DNA from: an uncultured Pseudomonadota bacterium
GTDB taxonomy: Bacteria > Desulfobacterota > Binatia > Binatales > Binataceae
Assembly: GCA_963804355.1 (NCBI GenBank)
Contig: CAWDQC010000010.1
Coordinates: 1 to 64,000 of the forward strand
Direction of reading: 5' to 3'
Length of the DNA: 64,000 nucleotides
Shown here: positions 49,812 through 60,716 of the stretch, in pieces
Numbering within the stretch: the stretch's first letter is position 1
Layout: each line of letters starts with the position of its first letter
Program-made: the position numbers and the translations under genes
The notes under the pieces: generated by a model
Database searches by the model: none
What the model saw: only the letters and a program-made list of their open reading frames with translations
What the model was told of the DNA's origin: nothing

Positions 49812-51350
49812 TCAATCCGCTTCGACGCCGACGACGGCCGCGAGCGAAATTCCCCCAACTGCAATCGACGGTGCGAAGTAGGCCTCGGGCGCACCCCACA
49901 CTACCGCGGGCAGCGCGCGCTTGCCGACGCCGATCGGCTGCTCAAAGACCTGCGCGATATTGGCGTTGACGCGCAATGCGTTGGGCGCCAGCGGCGCGGC
50001 CAGCTTCCCGTTCCTGATCACGTAGGAATCCCCGCTCACCGAGCAGGTGAAATCGCCGGCGCGCTGTCCATTGATCGGATAGGTGTACCAGACGCGGCCG
50101 ATGTAAATACCGTCGCCGACTTCGGCGATCAGTTGCTTTTCGTCGACCCCGCCCTTGGTCTTCATCATCACGTTGGTGCCGCTTGCGCCCGGATGCGCAT
50201 CGAAGCGGCGCGCCGGGCTCTCGCCCAGGCGGTAGGCGTTATGCGCCGGGAAGGCGAGTTGGTTCCCGTTGGCGGCAGTCCCGAGTTTTTCCTCGCGATG
50301 CTCGTCGGTGAGCAGGCGATGCGCGTCGTAATAGTTCGAGAGCAGGCCGACCACCTTGCCGTCGCGGATCAGTTGCGTACGGGCCGCGGGCAGACCTTCG
50401 CAGGTAATGCGTCGATGAACCGGGCCGGACTTGGCCGCGGGATCGTCCGCGATACTGAACCTCGGATCCATCACCTGGAGCCCGAAGCGTCCGTGATACG
50501 CCGAGCTGGCGGCCTGAAACGCACCGGTGGTTAGCGACGGTATCACCATGTAGTTGAGGAGTTCCGCGACCGGTTGTGGACCGAAGATTACCCGGTAGTT
50601 GCCAGCCGCAGGCCGTTCGCCGTTGCGCAAGGCGAAGGCGCGAGCGACCGCGTCGCGTCCCAATCGATCGGCCGCGGCGGTCATTTCGGTGCGCATCGCG
50701 CCGACGGCGGTCGCCGTGCCCTTGGCCGTCAGGGCCTCGATTAGCGCGGTGACCGAGGAGATGAAGTGCGCGCCCTCGTCAGTGCGAATCTGCGCGAAGT
50801 TCGATCCGCCGATTGCGACACGGTCGCGTACGATCGACATGTCGCCGCCGACGATCAGCCCCGGATGCAACAGGTCGGCGGCCGCGCGCCTGGAGAATTC
50901 CTGGATCGCGCCGGCGATGATCTTCCAGGCCGCCGCGGCGAGCGCGCTATCGGTTGCCCGCGTGAGGTCGCCGCCCGCGGTCTTGTCGCGTGCGACGGCT
51001 GGATTTACCGGAATCGGCGGCAACCCCGGAAAGTGTGGATCGACAATCAAGGCGCGGCGCGCCCGTGCGAGCGTGTCGCGTACCGAGTCGAGACCGAGGT
51101 CGCCCGCCGAGGAGGCATAGCCGGTTTCCTGCGCGTCGCGGCGCGTCACGATTCGCAGGGCGAAGCCGTCGGCTTTGATCGCCTTGAATTCCTCGACGCC
51201 GCGGCAGGGAATGTCCGAAGTGTAGTTGAGCCGGGCCACGCGATGCTCCGCGCTCGCGCAGTAAACCTCGAAGGCCGCGAGATCGTGCTCGCGAGCAAGC
51301 AGATCGCTCGCCTCGCGCACGAAGGTTTTCATTTGCGCCAGGGTCAGCAT
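49812..51350 (-). CDS. pmbA: TldE/PmbA-family metallopeptidase (peptidase U62), 512 aa, intact
   Basis: Full-length TldD/PmbA-fold protein (…HRLARLNYTSDIP…, C-terminal …GIYIGRVWYTYPINGQRAGDFTCSVSGDSYVIRNGKL…). It is the last gene of a three-gene minus-strand operon. Confidence 0.75.
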   Translation of the reverse strand: MLTLAQMKTFVREASDLLAREHDLAAFEVYCASAEHRVARLNYTSDIPCRGVEEFKAIKADGFALRIVTRRDAQETGYASSAGDLGLDSVRDTLARARRALIVDPHFPGLPPIPVNPAVARDKTAGGDLTRATDSALAAAAWKIIAGAIQEFSRRAAADLLHPGLIVGGDMSIVRDRVAIGGSNFAQIRTDEGAHFISSVTALIEALTAKGTATAVGAMRTEMTAAADRLGRDAVARAFALRNGERPAAGNYRVIFGPQPVAELLNYMVIPSLTTGAFQAASSAYHGRFGLQVMDPRFSIADDPAAKSGPVHRRITCEGLPAARTQLIRDGKVVGLLSNYYDAHRLLTDEHREEKLGTAANGNQLAFPAHNAYRLGESPARRFDAHPGASGTNVMMKTKGGVDEKQLIAEVGDGIYIGRVWYTYPINGQRAGDFTCSVSGDSYVIRNGKLAAPLAPNALRVNANIAQVFEQPIGVGKRALPAVVWGAPEAYFAPSIAVGGISLAAVVGVEAD

Positions 51351-51371
51351 CGGAGAAAGCGCGGTGCGCCG

Positions 51372-52097
51372 TTATCCGCCCAAAATATCCTTGAACGATT
51401 TGGCCAGTTCGCGCAGCTCCGATGCGCCGTCGCCCTCAAGGCTCGACCCATGCATAATCGCGAGCGTCGCCGGCTTGAGGTTCGCCAGCCGCTGCATGAT
51501 CGGATCGGTCTTGGGGGTGTAGGGCAGGTAGTTGGCGAACGGGCCTTTCTGAAATTCGACCATCAGGTCGCGCGCGCGTTTGGCCACACCCGAGTTTACG
51601 ATCGGATCGACATCGTCGCCGTGAGTGAAGAGGTCCGAACAAAAAAGCGTCTTGCCCGATTCCTCGAAGAGCAGCGCCGCCTCCCAGGCGTGGGGCACGT
51701 GCGCGGTCGAGAGAAAGCGAAAGCGCTTCTTGCCGGTGGTGAGAATTTCATCGTCGGCCATCGCCCGCGCCGGCCGTATCGCGAAGTCGCCGAGACAGAC
51801 GTTGACGCCGACGAAGCTGCTGAAAGCCTGCGCATTCGGCGCCAGGTTGAGCCATTCGTTGAGCGCGCCGCACTCATCCGGTTCGTAATGACTGAAGCTT
51901 ACCCAGCGCAGGCTCGCCGGATCGATCACGCTGGCGACGGCATCACGCACCTGCGGAAAAATCGCCCTCATCCCGGTGTGAAACAGCAGCGGCTCGTCGT
52001 CCTTTACCAGGAACTGGTTGAATTGCAGGTGGATTCGATCGTCGTAAGTGGAAATTCGATAGATATCCTTTGCGATTTCGTCGACCCTGGTCGCCAT
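51372..52097 (-). CDS. ODP-like metallo-beta-lactamase-fold protein (flavodiiron-protein core without flavodoxin) with a variant diiron motif
   Basis: Matches the FprA N-terminal domain layout: [25 protein letters not shown] (equivalent of H-x-E-x-D-H, here H-x-E-x-D-E) and …[34 protein letters not shown]. The start is taken at [16 protein letters not shown], overlapping tldD by ~70 nt in a different frame (partly a frameshift artefact in tldD). Confidence 0.6.
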   Translation of the reverse strand: MATRVDEIAKDIYRISTYDDRIHLQFNQFLVKDDEPLLFHTGMRAIFPQVRDAVASVIDPASLRWVSFSHYEPDECGALNEWLNLAPNAQAFSSFVGVNVCLGDFAIRPARAMADDEILTTGKKRFRFLSTAHVPHAWEAALLFEESGKTLFCSDLFTHGDDVDPIVNSGVAKRARDLMVEFQKGPFANYLPYTPKTDPIMQRLANLKPATLAIMHGSSLEGDGASELRELAKSFKDILGG

Positions 52098-52164
52098 TGA
52101 TCCTCCTCTTGAGTCCTCGCGGATAACTCCTGCCGGATTCCCCGCGTGAGTTCGCTGCGCCGCC

Positions 52165-53743
52165 CTAGCCGCCACCCAATCTGGCACGGGAGCGGAGGGT
52201 CGGCCCGCCATTGGACATGCGTTTTACCTGCATCGGCTGTCCCTTACCGCAGTTGGGAATCGCGATCAGGCGCAGATCGTTGCCGACCGCGTCGACGCCG
52301 CTGAAGAAACGCTTGGAATCCGCGATCACGCTGCCCGCGCGATAAAGCCGGCCGATCCGCCCGTGATCGATTTCGTAAACGCGCCGCGCCGAGATCCGGA
52401 AAGTTTTCCCGCGACTCGGCGATCGAGGGAATCTGGCTGCCGCAAACATAATAGCCGCGATCGACCTCGGCGATAATCCGCTCGGGGTCGCTCTCACCCG
52501 GCATAAAGAAGGTGTTCGACATGCGGATTAGCGGGACATGCCAGGCTTCGCTCGCCCGCGCCGAACCGTTGGGTTCCACCCCGAGCGCCGCCGCGGTGGC
52601 GCGAGAGTTGAGGAAGCCGCGAAATATCCCGCCCTCGAGATGCATCATGCGGCGGCCAGGCGTGCCTTCATGGTCGTAGCGATAGTGGCCGTAGCCTTCG
52701 AGGCTCGGATCGGAGCACGCCGACAGGATCGACGAGCCCACCTGACGCCCGACCTCGCTCTCGTCGAGCGATCGCAGAAACCAGCTGCGCCCCGCGTACG
52801 CCGCTTCCATCTTGAGCGCGCGATCGGCCTCGCTCGGATGACCGACGATCCCGTGCGCCACCAGGGCGTTGAAATGAGGATCGGTGACGACCGTGACCTC
52901 GCCCTCGGGCGGCTTCAAGGCCGGCGCTGCGGCCAGTTCGCGCGCCTCGCGCGACAATTCCAGGGCGAAGCTATGCAAGTCGGGATTCGGCATCAGCTCG
53001 TCGCGCCATCCTTCATCCAGGCACTCATAGCCGCGCTGCTGCCCGATGGTGTCGTAGGTTTCCTGGTGGCCGTCGTCGGTTTGCGCGACGACGTAACAAT
53101 CGCCCTGGGACACCGCGAAGCTCTGCGTAATCAGGGCGCCCGCCGAATTGACGAACAACTCGTGGCGAAACTCGGACATCGCGGCGACCACATTGAAGGC
53201 GATCTCACTGCCCAGCCCGCATACCGCGCTCGAGGCTTCGTGGCAGGCGCGCTTCAGCTCCTCCGAATCCAGCGCCCGCGGGTCGCGGCTGAACTTGGCG
53301 GTGATTTCGTCGCGGATCGTCGAGGGTTCCGGCGCCGCGGAGAGCATCAGGCTTTTCGCGATCGGACCGCAGAGCTTGAGCAACGAAGCCTTCTCGCGCG
53401 CATTCGCTCGAGCCCGTTCGTAAGCCTGATCCAGGCCGGTGCGCAGGGCGGCAATGAGCTTGCCGCGGTTGAGCGCGAGCCTGCCGACTTCCGCGCCGGT
53501 CTGACCATGACCGACGACACCTCCCGCAGCGCCGTAGTAGACGGTCACACCGAAGGCGGCGGCGTCACTCTCGGAACTGTCGCGCGGCTCGCCGTCGACG
53601 GCGGCGGCGGAACGATTGAAGATCGCCTCGAAGCGGATCTCGGCGTCGGTCGCGCCGCGATGGGCCCGCAGGAAACGCCGCAGTTCGGCTTCCCCCGCAT
53701 CCTTGAGGAACTCGATCGATCGAAAAATGTCAGGCATTGCCAA
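52165..53743 (-). CDS. tldD: TldD-family metallopeptidase (peptidase U62); one frameshift near 52420
   Basis: ORF 52244-53743 carries the TldD core (…[12 protein letters not shown]…, the HExxxH-like metal site of TldD). The C-terminal frame continues in ORF 52165-52497 (…[16 protein letters not shown]…), typical of TldD tails. Confidence 0.8.
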
Positions 53744-53825
53744 GGTTATTCAATCGTTATCGGAATCGGAGTCGGTGATCCACCCACACCCCCCAGGCGC
53801 TTTTTGCCCGGTGAGGCACACGCAC

Positions 53826-54104
53826 TCACGGCCACTGACGCGAAACCAGCCAGTCGACGAATTCTTTCAGCATCGTCCTGTTGAGAACGTCGTCCAGGTG
53901 AGCATCGCAAAGCTTCACGGTCAGAGGTGGCGCATCGCTGAACGGGCTAATCGACTGCGGCGTCGCCGGATTTTGACAGGGTGGGAATTCACACTCGAAG
54001 AGGTTCTTGGCCACGATTGCACGTCCGGGATAGAAATTTGAACAAAGCCTATCTGCAAGCAAAATTCCAGCTATCCACTGCCAGCCGTCGGCGAAACGAG
54101 TCAT
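53826..54104 (-). CDS. Small hypothetical protein (92 aa, 4 Cys) immediately upstream of tldD on the same strand
   Basis: ORF MTRFADGWQWIAGILLADRLCSNFYPGRAIVAKNLFECEFPPCQNPATP…KLCDAHLDDVLNRTMLKEFVDWLVSRQWP. Its stop lies 82 bp from the tldD start. No family recognised. Confidence 0.3.
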   Translation of the reverse strand: MTRFADGWQWIAGILLADRLCSNFYPGRAIVAKNLFECEFPPCQNPATPQSISPFSDAPPLTVKLCDAHLDDVLNRTMLKEFVDWLVSRQWP

Positions 54105-54182
54105 TCTCCGTCCTTGTATTACCCAAGCTTTAGGAATATTGCAGATTGCAATCGACCGGAAGTTTTTTTACGGTAGGAAAAG

Positions 54183-54452
54183 ATGCCCGGTACGGCAAAG
54201 ACAGCGAATCTTCTTCCCGGCACAGGTGCTCCTGCCACCGGCATATATGTCGTGACGCACCGGGACCCGGCCCACGCTCAGCCCCACGAAGTGCTAATCC
54301 CGGCAGAGACGCCTCTGCCCGATTGCCGACTTTGTTCGGGCGTTACCTTCAGTCTGAAAGCGTACGCACCGCAACCATACGCGGAGAATGAATTCTTCGT
54401 CCCGAGCACCCCGCCCTCGACAAGTAAGCCCCCCGGCTACTCGGCCGCGTGA
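54183..54452 (+). CDS. Small hypothetical protein (89 aa)
   Basis: ORF MPGTAKTANLLPGTGAPATGIYVVTHRDPAHAQPHEVLIPAETPLPDCRLCSGVTFSLKAYAPQ…. It is followed by the GC-rich hairpin CGCGAGGGGCCTCGCG (~54479-54494). Confidence 0.3.
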   Translation: MPGTAKTANLLPGTGAPATGIYVVTHRDPAHAQPHEVLIPAETPLPDCRLCSGVTFSLKAYAPQPYAENEFFVPSTPPSTSKPPGYSAA

Positions 54453-54841
54453 TTGACCGGGCGCCGTCTATGCGATGACGCGAGGGGCCTCGCGGCTAGG
54501 AATTGTTAACAATTAAGTTGCGAGGCCGTTGCTCGATCACCCCGTCCCCAGTGACAATTACTATAGTTAAATGCTTCTGTGGTGGTCCTCGTTCTTCGCG
54601 CATGAGCTTGAGGTTTTTGACCGTTGCATCCCGACACGGCCGATACTGCGCGTCGCCATAATAGACGAACAGTTCAGTTCCATGACGGAAGGGGCTCAAA
54701 TCACACGGCGAAGCCGATATTCGAAACAGAGAACGTACGCAGGCAACTCACTTCGAATTCGAGGTCTCGCCGCGCGCTACTTCGCACTAGTAACTTGTGA
54801 TCAGTTCGAGTTGATTCATTACACCGCGGTGGCCTAGTCGC

Positions 54842-55977
54842 GTGATAGAATTTATTCGGGACCAAATGAATGGTCAGTGGGTCGGCACCTACTGGGGTTC
54901 AGAAAACGGGCTTCTGGTCGTCGAAATCGATGATATGGGAGACCATTACGAGGGTCGGGCTTATGCGTGGAACGGCCAGCCAGCACTCCCGAGCACTTTA
55001 GTTTTTATCAGGACACCAAATAAAGCGAATGAGTCACAGCTGACTGTCGACGTTTTCCCGATTGACCCTCGCAACAACACGCCAACAACTTGGGACCAGC
55101 TTGCTGCAACCTTCCCGGGAGTCAACTTCCCACGTCACGCCAAGGTGAACATCAGCCTTGATGGACCGGTCCTGAGCGTATGTTGGACCACAGATATTCA
55201 GACCTCGGGAATAGCTCGGCTACCGAGGACCCACGCCGACCTGCCGACAGAGTATAAACCCATATCCGCAGTTACGAATTGGGATCAATTTAAATCGTAC
55301 GTGAACAGACTCGACCATCGCCGTTACATTTTCCGCGGCCAGAAAGAATTATTGAGATTACGAACTGGTTTCCACCGAACTGCCAGAGCTGACCTCGGTA
55401 GATTTTTGTCTGACGACATTAAAGCCTTACACCGACATCTAAGCTTTAGAACAAGCCATATTTTCAACTTAGATATCCCAGACCAGAATGGGGCGTTTTT
55501 TAATTTAGTTCAGCACCACGGATATCCTACACCGTTACTTGATTGGACCTTTTCTCCATATGTCGCTGCATTCTTCGCTTATCATCGTGTAAATAAGTCA
55601 GAAGCGGCCACAGCTAAGGAAAGTGAAAAAGTTCGCATCTTGATTTTTGACCAAATGGAATGGCGAAACAAACGTCAATTTCCACTAATTACAAATGTAA
55701 GGCCACATTTCTCGATATTGGAATTTATCTCCATAGACAATGAACGTCTTGTCCCGCAGCAGTCTATCTCGACTGTTACGAACATAGATGATGTAGAGAC
55801 CTATATAAGGTCTCTGGAGCCGGCCGGGGCCCATATTTACAAATCGTGGACTTGCCTCTCAAACAACGGGAAGAGGTTATGAGGGAATTAAGCATTATGG
55901 GCATCACTGCAGGTTCGTTGTTTCCGGGGTTGGATGGGGCATGCGAGGAGCTCAAAGAACGAAATTTCATTCACTAG
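54842..55977 (+). CDS. FRG-domain protein (family of unknown function named for the F-R-G motif), probable single frameshift near 55880
   Basis: The FRG motif context …DHRRYIFRGQKELLRLRTGFHR… is followed by …LVQHHGYPTPLLDWTFSPYVAAFFAY…. The 346-aa ORF ends with a 4-nt ATGA overlap into a 32-aa ORF (55879-55977, …LFPGLDGACEEL…) that looks like the same protein's C-terminus in another frame. GC content is markedly lower than the flanks. Confidence 0.6.
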
Positions 55978-56264
55978 GATGGACGAGGCGAACGCTTAGA
56001 CGGGTTCGTTCTTCTGTCCACCGCTTCCTGCGAATTAATCACAGCCGATATTTCCGAATGAAAGCATCGAGCTGCGCTTCGAAATCGACGGCATAGAACT
56101 CGGCGCGCGCGGTGAAGTTAATTTCGCTTTGGAAGACTGCCCCCTTTTGTAGATCCGACGATTTCGGCATTGGTAATACGTCGCGCCCTGTCGTGTCGGC
56201 TGACATTCCGGCCGTGTAGGCGCGGTGTCTCACGATTCACATCTGTCATCGGCCCTAAGACGCG

Positions 56265-56991
56265 TTACTCGACAGTGATCGGAATACGGACGTCGAACTC
56301 CGAGTCGACCGCGACGCCCTTTTTCATCGCCGGAAAAAAACGCCACTGTTTGAGCGTGTCGAGCAGGATCTCGTTCAGCCGCGGACTGGTGGTCGGCTGC
56401 GTTAGCGATACCTGTACGTCGCCACTGTAGCTGACCTTGAAATGGGCCAGCGCGACCGCGTTGAAGGTCTCGTCGCGCAAGTCATCGGGAATAGTAGGGG
56501 TCGGCGCGTACAACGCTCGCGCGCCGCTGCTGTCGCTGCCCAGCCCGGAGCCACTGCCGGTTCCGCTTCCGCCCGGGACGCCGGTTCCCGTCCCGCTCGA
56601 CGGTTTGGCCGTGCCTGATGATGGAGGCACCGGCTCCGTAGTGCTTTTGGCCGTGCCGAAAGGCGAGGGCGGCGGCACCGCGGCAAGCGGTTTCACTTGA
56701 TGATGGTGTACCGGTGCGACCTTCGGCTTGATCATCGGATGCGGCTTCGGCTTGGGAACTGCCGGCGCCGGCCGGCGCTGCCGGAGCGCCGCCTTGCAAT
56801 CCCGCCGTCGGCGGCAATTCGACGATCCGCGCCTCGACCGGCTTGAGTTCCTGGGGCGGCGCCGCAGTTTGCTCGAGCAGGAAGGCGAAGGCGACCAGCA
56901 CGATTCCCCAGAAGACGATCGCGAGCGGCCCGATCCAGGCGAAGCGTCGCCACGGCTGGTCAAGATAAGGCGTTATGCCAGCTTCAGTCAT
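56265..56991 (-). CDS. tonB: Energy transducer TonB; one frameshift near 56740
   Basis: An N-terminal TM anchor (…IGPLAIVFWGIVLVAFAFLL…) and a Pro-rich spacer are in ORF 56482-56991. The C-terminal TonB domain (…YPEFARRQ-like…VSYSGDVQVSL…KQWRFFPAMKKGVAVDSEFDVRIPI) is in ORF 56265-56963. Confidence 0.75.
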
Positions 56992-57388
56992 TCGCGCTTG
57001 ACCGCGATCAGAAAGTGCTCGACGCCGGCGCGCCGGGCCTGAAGCATCGCTTCAACTACGGTGCCTTCGGGCGCGCCGGCGTCGGCATTGACCACGACAC
57101 CGGGGTCCCCTTGAAGCATCGGTTTAAGTGCGAAGGCGAGAGTCATCAAGCGTTACTGGAGTTTTATCCAGGAAAACATGGCTGTCTTTGGTCACCGTCA
57201 TGGTCACCGGCTCCTTGTGCTGCAGGTTGGGCGCATCACCCTGCGGGCAGGTTGACGGTGAGCGAGTTGAGACTCTGCATCGAGAGCGACGCGAGCATAA
57301 AGGTGACCAGCAGGAAGAACATAACGTCGATCATCGGGATGATCTCGATGCGGCCGCGCCGATAGCTGCGGGAACGGCGCAGTTTCAT
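56989..57388 (-). CDS. exbD: Biopolymer transport protein ExbD/TolR; one frameshift
   Basis: Starts MKLRRSRSYRRGRIEIIPMIDVMFFLLVTFML (classic ExbD TM). The periplasmic domain continues in another frame (…VTLDDSRLRT…) to a stop that overlaps the tonB ATG. Confidence 0.7.
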
Positions 57389-57391
57389 ACC

Positions 57392-58073
57392 TTCGCCCGT
57401 TTTTCGCGAAGGGGAACGCGCGTGAGTTCCTCTTCCCCGTGCCGTCGCTCTCATGGTCCAGCCGAATATGATCAACCAGTCGCGAGCCGAGCCGCTCCAT
57501 TTGATCCATCGCATGCGATTGCACACGGGAGAAAAAGTTGTAACCGAACAGCGCGAAGAGGGCGATCAGCAGGCCGAGCGCGGTTGCGATCAGGGCCTGG
57601 GCCACGCCCGAGGTCACCTGCGTCGGCGCGACCAGTCCCGCGCCGCCGATCACCTTGAACGCCTGCATCATGCCGGTGATAGTCCCAAGCAGGCCCATCA
57701 GGGGAGCCGCCGTGACGACAGTTTCCAGCACCCACATCCCGCGCCCGAGGGTCTTTTCGATCGCTCCCGCCTCGTCGCCGGCGCGCGATTCCACCCACCA
57801 TGGCGGCTGGCTGCGATTGCGTTCGATCACGCCGAAGAAGCGTCGATAGCCGTTGGTCGCCGGCAGCTTGAGCAATTCCTGATCGAACTGCTCCCAGGAA
57901 AAGCCATAGGTCTCGACCAGTTCGAGCAACGAGGCCGGCAAGCGCAAGCTACGGTAACAGACAACCGCGCGATCCAGGATAATCACGATGGAGATCATTC
58001 CGAGGAAGAGCAGCGGATACACCATCGCGCCGCCATAGCGCAGGGCATCCCAAGCCGTTATCAGTTCCTGCAT
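57392..58073 (-). CDS. exbB: MotA/TolQ/ExbB proton-channel protein; 3' end uncertain (reads through into exbD frame)
   Basis: MQELITAWDALRYGGAMVYPLLFLGMISIVIILDR…LMGLLGTITGMMQAF…VAQALIATALGLLIALFALFGYNFF has the ExbB 3-TM topology. The true stop is probably masked by a frameshift near 57400-57420. Confidence 0.7.
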
Positions 58074-58139
58074 TCGCGTTAAAACCTCACCTGGTTCATT
58101 AATTAGTGCCTGCTCGCATTTTAGGACGCAACGAACGTT

Positions 58140-60617
58140 CTATGGATTTTTCCGGGAGCTTCCGATTGGCGGCAGCGGTACCGTGATCCCGCCATACACC
58201 GCGCGGCGCGGACCAAAGCCCGGTTGGAAGATGCCGATTCCGGTGCCATCGCGCAGCTCGTTGATATTATCGGTGGCGTTGATGAGCACGACTCGCGTTC
58301 TGACCTTGCCGAGGTTAGGCACCTGCCAGCCCTTTTCCGCGGCGAGATCGATCTGGAAGTTCTCTCCCAGTTCGTCCGTATTGGCGAAGCCCGCCCGCAG
58401 GCCGCTGCCATAGGTACCGGTCCACGCTGAAAAGATAGTCCCGCCAACTGTAGGTGATGCCTCCGGAGGCGGTATACTGCTGGCTGTGATCGAGGAAGAT
58501 GTAGTGGTTGGCGATGTAAGCCACTTCTTGCGGGGTGAAGTTGAACTGGCCGCTGGCAACCTCGTTGGCCTGCGCCACGGAATAAGTGAAATTGCCGCGC
58601 ACGCTCAGCGGTCCCCCAATTGTAAGTGGCGCTGAATTCCGAGCCCCAGACCCGTCCGTGTTGATAGTTGAAGGGGACGAAGATCGGCACAAACCCGAAT
58701 TGCCCTAAATCGATCAGGTCCTGCGAGAGGCGAAAGTAGCCGTTCTCGGTCACCGTCAGATGCTCGCCGAAATGATGCAGCACGCCGGCGCTCCAGTAAT
58801 AATCCTTCTCGGGAAACGGCTGCAGGCCGCCCGGTGAAACGGCGGCCGAGGTACCCTTCGAAGAGCTGGAAGCTTCGGCGGCGAGATCGTTTCGAAATCG
58901 GGAGTCTGGAAATAGCGCGCAAACCCGGCGTGAAACGCGGTATCTCTGCTCGGCTGATAGAGCAGATTGACGCGCGGGCTGACCATATTGTTGTTGATGA
59001 TTCCGCTGACGCCGTCCCAGCGAAGCCCGCGGTAAGCGTGAGTTGTTCGTTGATTTGCCAGATGTCCTGAAGATACTCGCCATAGAGCATGTTGATGTTG
59101 TTGGCATTCTGAACGAGGCTGACGGGAAGTCGCTCTGTTTGGGTGCCATCGAGGAATCAGTCCGGAAAGCCAAGCGTCGTATCGTCGGTCTGGACGCCGT
59201 AGTAGCCAAGATAGAACCCGGCTCCGATGTTATGGGAGCCGAAGCCGTGCGAAATCGAACTGGCGGGACAGATCGGTCTGAAGCGTATTGTCGAATTCGC
59301 TGCGGAAGGAATCCGAGGCGACGCCTTGGTAAATCAGATCGCCAATCGGGTCGGGATTGAACTGGATCGTGCTGTAGGCGCCAGTATATGCCACCTGGTA
59401 GTTGATCTCGGGGCCGATTACTCCGCTCAGCGCCAGAATCCCGAAGTAATAGTCCTGGTCCAGGCTCTCGTTGATCTTGCTCGAGGGATAATTGGCGGGA
59501 TTGGCGCCGGCGAGTGTGAACAGTGGCGGCAGTCCAGGCTGGGTGGGGATCTCGCTGTTGTTGACGGAAACCCCGGTTATCAGGCTCAGCTTGGTGAGCG
59601 GATTCACTGCGTAGGTAAAGTAGCCGAAACCCTGGCCCTGGTTGGTAATGTTGTGCTTGGGGGTCGGGCCCGGCGTCGCCGAACTGAAGGCCAGATTGTT
59701 GTGAAGAAAAGTTCCGGTGTAGTAGTAGCTGAACGGCCCCTCACATCCGCCATATTCGAAGCTCGGTTGGAGAGTTTCGCGCTGCCCGCCATAGAATCCC
59801 ACGTTCCCGCCCGGATTGGAGCAGCCGTCCTTGGTCTCCATGTCGAGCACGCCGGCGTCCCGGAAGCCGTAAGTGACCGGCAGGATTCCGTCGAGCAGGC
59901 TCACGCGCCTTGACGAAAAAGCTATTGAAGATCTGGCCGAATCCGCTGAAGCTATCCATCGGCATCATGACCCCGTTGATGCGCCACTGAAGGTCCTCGT
60001 GCTCGCCATCGACATGGATCTGCGCGTTGATCGTCCTGGACGACTCCGGGCATCTGGAGAAGCACTTCATTGATCGGGGTATTCTCGCCCTGCGGAAGCG
60101 CGGCGATGTCGTGCTGGAGTCAAGGAATATTGGCTGTTGCCCGGTTTTCGTTACGCCATTGGGCTGAACGGTTGATTTTGGTCGTCACAACCTTGAGGCT
60201 TAGCGCCGCTTCGGCTTCCAGGGCGATATCGAGTTTAGCGGCGCTTGCGAGGTCACCGTGACGACTCAGGCGGCGGCGTGAAGCCGCTCTTGTTCGCCAT
60301 AACCGCATAAGTGCCATTGGCTACGTGTCGGAACTCAAAGGCACCTTCCGTGACTCGCTCTGAGCGCGCGCTACGATACGCGCCGTCTGCCAGCTTGCAG
60401 CATGAGGTGCGCGCCCGGCACCGGACGTCCCAAAGCGTCCTTGACCACACCCGCCATACGCTGACCGTGCCCGCTCGGTCTGCCCGCGGCCCGGGCGTTC
60501 CGATCAGCCTGAATCGATGCGCAGCAGAACACTACGAAAAAAAGAGCGAAGCCAAATAGATTGACGTTTTTTCCATGCCAAACGTTTCGCAACCTCGCAC
60601 CAATATGAACTAACCGC
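58140..60617 (-). CDS. TonB-dependent outer-membrane receptor with N-terminal carboxypeptidase-regulatory-like (CarbopepD_reg_2) domain; broken into six or more frames
   Basis: The N-terminus has a signal peptide plus GVVKDALGRPVPGAHLMLQ and FEFRHVANGTYAVMANKSGF (CarbopepD-reg motifs, ORFs 60253-60706). Beta-barrel segments are in ORFs 59230-59904, 58605-59090 and 58140-58559. Many frame changes. Confidence 0.65.
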
Positions 60618-60716
60618 ATCGCTTCCAGGCGCTCCCGCATACTCATCCTCCTCGGATCGCTGGCCGACCGTAGTCCGCGACCAAACCCGCGAGCAGCATT
60701 CGCCACACGGCCCCCC

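Noticed and set aside
50766-53884. Long plus-strand ORFs (50766-52100, 444 aa; 52538-53884, 448 aa) antisense to tldE, the ODP-like gene and tldD
   Set aside because: Arg/Ala/Gly-rich with no domain signatures. They overlap well-supported minus-strand genes.
55879-55977. Independent 32-aa gene overlapping the FRG gene stop
   Set aside because: More likely the C-terminus of the FRG protein displaced by a one-base indel (ATGA overlap, continuous coding signal). It is folded into the FRG feature rather than called separately.
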